This document shows, in pieces, positions 46,231 through 50,119 of a stretch of DNA of 50,119 nt (position 1 is the stretch's first letter; the number at the start of each line of letters is the position of its first letter). The stretch spans positions 1 through 50,119 of the forward strand of contig JAEYZR010000188.1 of NCBI GenBank assembly GCA_023427945.1, given 5' to 3'. The notes below the pieces were generated by a model that searched no databases, was not told the origin of the DNA, and saw nothing but the letters and a program-made list of their open reading frames with translations. This DNA comes from Pseudomonadota bacterium (GTDB taxonomy: Bacteria > Pseudomonadota > Gammaproteobacteria > Burkholderiales > Burkholderiaceae_B). Made by a program: the position numbers and the translations under genes.

Positions 46231-47019
46231 ATGGATCTCGGATTGAAAGGTAAGTCGGCACTGGTGACTGGCGCCTCCAAAGGTATCGGCCTGGCCACCG
46301 CACACAGCTTCGCACGTGAAGGCGTCACGACCTTGCACCTTGCCGCGCGCTCGGCTGACGCACTGCAGGCCGCCCGCACGGATATGCAGGCCGCCTACCC
46401 TGGCCTGACCGTGCACGTTCATCCTATGGATCTATCGGTGACCGCCAATGTGATCGAACTGGCACAGCGTTGCAGCGCCGTGGACATCCTGGTGAACAAC
46501 GCCGCCGACTCCACACCCGGCCCCCTGGACCAACTGTCCGATCAAGCCTGGCGCGACAGTCTGGACATGAAGATCTTCTCGTATGTCGCGCTGACCCGTG
46601 AACTGTATGCGCACATGAAAAAGCGCGGTTCGGGCGTGATCATCAACGACATCGGCAATTCGGGCGAAAACTGGGATGCCAACTACATCGTAGGGACGAC
46701 TGGCAACGCCGCCATGATGGCGTTCACCCGTGGCGTAGGCGGCCGCAGCCTGGACGACGGCATCCGTGTGGTGGGTGTGAACCCTGGACCGGTGGCCACC
46801 GATCGCATGGTCAAACTCATGAAGCGTCGTGCCGTGGACTGGTATGGCGATGAAAGCCGCTGGGAGGAACTGTTCGACAAGTATCCCGCCAAGCGCCCTG
46901 CCAGCCCCGAGGAAGTGGGCGACCTGATCGTGTGGCTGGCGTCTGAGCGCGCCGGCTACATCACGGGCACCATCGTCACCATCGATGGTGGCATTGCCTC
47001 GAAACGCTCGATCATTTGA
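46231..47019 (+). CDS. Short-chain dehydrogenase/reductase (atypical active site)
   Basis: TGASKGIG, DILVNNA, NPGPVAT and TIDGG motifs; YIVGT where YxxxK is expected. Confidence 0.92.
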   Translation: MDLGLKGKSALVTGASKGIGLATAHSFAREGVTTLHLAARSADALQAARTDMQAAYPGLTVHVHPMDLSVTANVIELAQRCSAVDILVNNAADSTPGPLDQLSDQAWRDSLDMKIFSYVALTRELYAHMKKRGSGVIINDIGNSGENWDANYIVGTTGNAAMMAFTRGVGGRSLDDGIRVVGVNPGPVATDRMVKLMKRRAVDWYGDESRWEELFDKYPAKRPASPEEVGDLIVWLASERAGYITGTIVTIDGGIASKRSII

Positions 47020-47032
47020 GGCCCACGTCACC

Positions 47033-48166
47033 ATGCGAAATTTCGAAGCCCGCAATATCTACTTCGACACCTTGTGCAACACGCCGGGACTGATGTGGCT
47101 GGGGCAGAACACCAATCACTTCGATCCCTATCCCTCGGTGATACAGGCGGTGATCGATGCGTTGCAAGGCGGTGAATTCCATGCCTACGCTCCCCCTGCA
47201 GGATTCGAAGAGCTGCGCCGCCTGATCGTGGAAGATGCGGGTGTGCCCGACGCCTGCGCGTTCGTCACCGATGGCGCGGTGGAGGCACTCTACAACGTCT
47301 GCCGCAACATCTGTGAACCCGGCCGCGACTTCGTGACCACGGACCCGAGCTGGGCGTGGCCCATGCACTTTGCGCGCCAGGCAGGATCGACCGTCGTGGA
47401 GCTGCCCATCTACGACGCCGCGCAAGGCTACAAGCTCACCGCCGATCAATTGCGCGCCGCGGTAGGCCCGAATACCGGTGTGATCTATCTGGTGGACCCC
47501 AACAACCCGCTGGGCACCTGCCACACTCCCGAAGAAATCGAAGAGATCGCGGCCATCGCGCGCTCGCACGACGCCTACCTGATCCACGACGCCACCTATT
47601 CGCACTTCGCCGACAACTTCACGCCAGCCTATCGGTTCTATCCGGAAAAAACCGTGATGACCTACAGCTTCTCCAAATGGCTGGGGTTGGCCGGCATGCG
47701 CCTGGGTGCGGTGATCTCCAACGTGGACATCATCGAACGCCTGGCCACCGCACCACCGAACAATCTGGGCAGCAACGTGCTGTCCCAGCGCGCGGCGATT
47801 GCCGGCTTGAAGTCCAAGCACGAATGGTTCCCCGAGGTGCAGCGACGCCAGCGTCGCAATCAGGCTGCCGTGGCCCAGGCCGCAGCCGCAATTCCCGGCC
47901 TGCACCTGCCGGTATATCCCTCGCAGGCCAACCTACTGATCATGGAAACGCTGGAGGCGGGTGTCCGGCCGGAAGCACTGGTGGCGGCCTATCAGGCCGA
48001 GGGCATCATGATCCGCCAGGGCACCTATCACACGCAGCGCTTTGGCGACCGGTTCGTAAAGATCAGCCTGACCGTTCCGGAGAGCTGGTGCGACCGTTTC
48101 TGCGAGTTGCTGCCCGCCATGATCGAACGCGCCCGCTCGGGTAGCCAGGACGTCAAACTTTTCTAG
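47033..48166 (+). CDS. PLP-dependent class I/II aminotransferase
   Basis: DPNNPLG, HDATY and SFSKWLGLAGMRLG (PLP lysine) motifs. Confidence 0.92.
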   Translation: MRNFEARNIYFDTLCNTPGLMWLGQNTNHFDPYPSVIQAVIDALQGGEFHAYAPPAGFEELRRLIVEDAGVPDACAFVTDGAVEALYNVCRNICEPGRDFVTTDPSWAWPMHFARQAGSTVVELPIYDAAQGYKLTADQLRAAVGPNTGVIYLVDPNNPLGTCHTPEEIEEIAAIARSHDAYLIHDATYSHFADNFTPAYRFYPEKTVMTYSFSKWLGLAGMRLGAVISNVDIIERLATAPPNNLGSNVLSQRAAIAGLKSKHEWFPEVQRRQRRNQAAVAQAAAAIPGLHLPVYPSQANLLIMETLEAGVRPEALVAAYQAEGIMIRQGTYHTQRFGDRFVKISLTVPESWCDRFCELLPAMIERARSGSQDVKLF

Positions 48167-48174
48167 GATCTTCG

Positions 48175-49056
48175 ATGCCGACACTGACCACCCGCGATGG
48201 CACGACGCTGCACTATGAAGAGTGCGGTTCGGGCACGCCCATCATCTTCGTACACGAGTTCGGCGGCGACTGGCGCAGCTGGGAGCCGCAGATGCGCTAC
48301 TTCTCGCGCCGCTACCGCTGCATCACGTACAGCGCACGCGGCTATGCGCCTTCGGCGGTGCCGACCAATCTCGATCAGTACTCGCAGGCCATCGCCACCG
48401 ACGACATTGCCGACATCCTGGATAGCCTGGGCATCCACCGCGCACATGTAGTGGGTCTGTCGATGGGCGGCTTTGCCACGTTGCACTTTGGTCTGCGCTA
48501 TCCGCAGAAGGCTCTGTCTCTGGTGGTGGCCGGTGCGGGTTATGGCGCCGAAAAACAGCACGAAGAATATTTTCGTGGTGTCTCGCGCGATGTGGCCGAC
48601 AAGTTCGAGAGCATGGGTGCGCAGGCATTCTCCAGGATTTATTCACAAGCCGCTTCACGCATCATCTTCCAGCTGAAGGATCCCCGAGGCTGGCAGGAAT
48701 TTGCCGATCAGTTAAGCGAGCACGACGCCGTGGGCTCGGCCATGACCATGCGCGGCGTGCAGGCGCGCAGACCGTCGATCTACGACCTGGAAAAGGAACT
48801 GCGCGTCATGTCGGTGCCCACACTGGTGATCGTGGGCGACGAGGACGACCATTGCCTGCAACCCGGCATTTTCCTGAAGCAGACGGTCCCCGCATGCGGA
48901 CTGCTGGTACTGCCCAAGGCGGGCCATACACTGAACATCGAGGAGCCTGCCCTGTTCAATCAGTTCGTCGCCGACTTCCTGGCCACGGTCGAGCAAGACA
49001 AGTGGGCACCGCGCGACCCGCGTTCGGCCCCTTCCGAAATCATGAAGACATCATGA
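48175..49056 (+). CDS. Alpha/beta fold hydrolase
   Basis: FVHEFGG, GLSMGG nucleophile elbow, GDEDD and GHTLNIEEP motifs. Confidence 0.92.
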   Translation: MPTLTTRDGTTLHYEECGSGTPIIFVHEFGGDWRSWEPQMRYFSRRYRCITYSARGYAPSAVPTNLDQYSQAIATDDIADILDSLGIHRAHVVGLSMGGFATLHFGLRYPQKALSLVVAGAGYGAEKQHEEYFRGVSRDVADKFESMGAQAFSRIYSQAASRIIFQLKDPRGWQEFADQLSEHDAVGSAMTMRGVQARRPSIYDLEKELRVMSVPTLVIVGDEDDHCLQPGIFLKQTVPACGLLVLPKAGHTLNIEEPALFNQFVADFLATVEQDKWAPRDPRSAPSEIMKTS

Positions 49057-50119
49057 CGACGACCGTTGCCGACTTCGTCGATTCAGCGCGGCTGAATCAA
49101 CGCCTGGCGGATATGGCGTGCATCGGTGCCACCCCCGCGGGTGGCGTCGATCGCCAGGCGCTGACGCCGGGCGATGCACACGCGCAGGCACTGTTGGCCC
49201 GCTGGGGCAGCGAGATCGGCATGCTCGCCAGTCGCGACGAGGCAGGCAACCTGTTCTTGCGCATGGCCGGTCGCAACGACGCATTGCCCTGCGTGTTGAG
49301 CGGCTCGCACCTGGATACACAGCCCACAGGGGGACGCTACGACGGCGTGTTCGGTGTCATTGCTGCCCTGGAGGCCGTGCAGGCGATTCAGGCTGCCGGG
49401 GTGCAACCTCTGCGTGCCATAGAAGTGGTGGCGTGGATGAACGAAGAAGGCGCTCGCTTCGCGCCCGGCATGATGGGCGCCAGCGTGTACGCCGGCCAAC
49501 GCACACTGCAAGACATACTTGCCGTGACCGATGCCCAGGGCATCACCGTCGCACAGGCCCTGGCTGACGTGAACGCGGCCACACCCGCTATCGGCAAGCG
49601 GGCGTTGCCCGCCCCTCTGGCCTCGCAGCCGCAAGGCGGCGCAGCTTCGCATCCGCACAGCTATGTGGAAGCACACATCGAGCAAGGGCCGATACTCGAA
49701 CGCGAGGGCCTGCAGATTGGTGTGGTGACTGGCATTCAAGGCAAGCACACGTTCAGTGTCGAGGTGACCGGCGAAGCCGCGCATGCCGGCACCGCCTCGC
49801 GCGCCGAGCGTCGCGACGCGCTGCTGGCGGCCACAGCCATGATCCAGGCGCTGGACGCGGCCATGCGCGACGAAGCCGATCTGACGAAATTCACGATCGG
49901 GCGTATCACGGCCACACCCAACGCACCTTCCGTCGTGGCGCGGCGCGTGGTGTTCTCCATCGATCTGCGCCACCCCGACACCGCCACGCTGCAACGCCTG
50001 GCAACCTGGGTCGAGCCGATATGCCGGGCCCATGCCGGTCCATGCTCGGTCGAGGTCATCACGTTGTCGGCAGCCGATTCCCTGCAGTTTCCCCCATCCA
50101 TGCGTGCACGCATCCGCAA
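49053..50119 (+). CDS. M20 family Zn-dependent amidohydrolase (N-carbamoyl-amino acid/allantoate amidohydrolase-like), runs off window
   Basis: Not in ORF track. ATGA overlap with upstream stop; translation shows GGVDRQALT, GSHLDTQPTGGRYDG, NEEGARF, EAHIEQGP and HAGT. Confidence 0.92.
   Translation, partial: MTTTVADFVDSARLNQRLADMACIGATPAGGVDRQALTPGDAHAQALLARWGSEIGMLASRDEAGNLFLRMAGRNDALPCVLSGSHLDTQPTGGRYDGVFGVIAALEAVQAIQAAGVQPLRAIEVVAWMNEEGARFAPGMMGASVYAGQRTLQDILAVTDAQGITVAQALADVNAATPAIGKRALPAPLASQPQGGAASHPHSYVEAHIEQGPILEREGLQIGVVTGIQGKHTFSVEVTGEAAHAGTASRAERRDALLAATAMIQALDAAMRDEADLTKFTIGRITATPNAPSVVARRVVFSIDLRHPDTATLQRLATWVEPICRAHAGPCSVEVITLSAADSLQFPPSMRARIR

Noticed and set aside
49083..50033. 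316-aa minus-strand ORF
   Set aside because: Antisense to the M20 amidohydrolase, which the ORF track missed because it has no stop inside the window.
1..50119. tRNA, rRNA, CRISPR arrays, transposases, integrases, phage genes
   Set aside because: None recognised by eye in ORFs or intergenic regions; tRNAscan, Rfam and ISEScan runs are needed to exclude small elements.

Overview
GC-rich chromosomal region, probably from a Burkholderiales/Alcaligenaceae-type betaproteobacterium (inferred from seven Bug/TctC solute receptors and FecIR-type signalling cassettes). Contents in order: the start of a periplasmic aldehyde oxidoreductase (paoAB) operon with a divergent AraC regulator; two outward-pointing iron-uptake cassettes of the same architecture (ECF sigma, FecR, TonB-dependent transducer, YncE-like lipoprotein), each with a Fur-box-like site; a TRAP transporter with a GntR regulator; and several uncharacterised catabolic clusters (amidase; ALDH/CMD/GMC/amidohydrolase; mandelate racemase family; PcaD/PcaC/PrpD-like; SDR/aminotransferase/hydrolase/M20 amidohydrolase). 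The most notable item is an isolated 300-aa ORF (22666-23568) with a eukaryotic-type F-box motif and an N-terminal myristoylation/palmitoylation-like sequence (MGNFCTS), a candidate host-targeted effector. It is transcribed divergently from a small kinase-like gene with a degenerate catalytic loop. Also seen: a frameshifted, 5'-truncated catC pseudogene and a repeated operator-like motif linking three distant promoters. No rRNA, tRNA, CRISPR array or IS element was recognised. All product calls rest on motif recognition by eye, not database searches.
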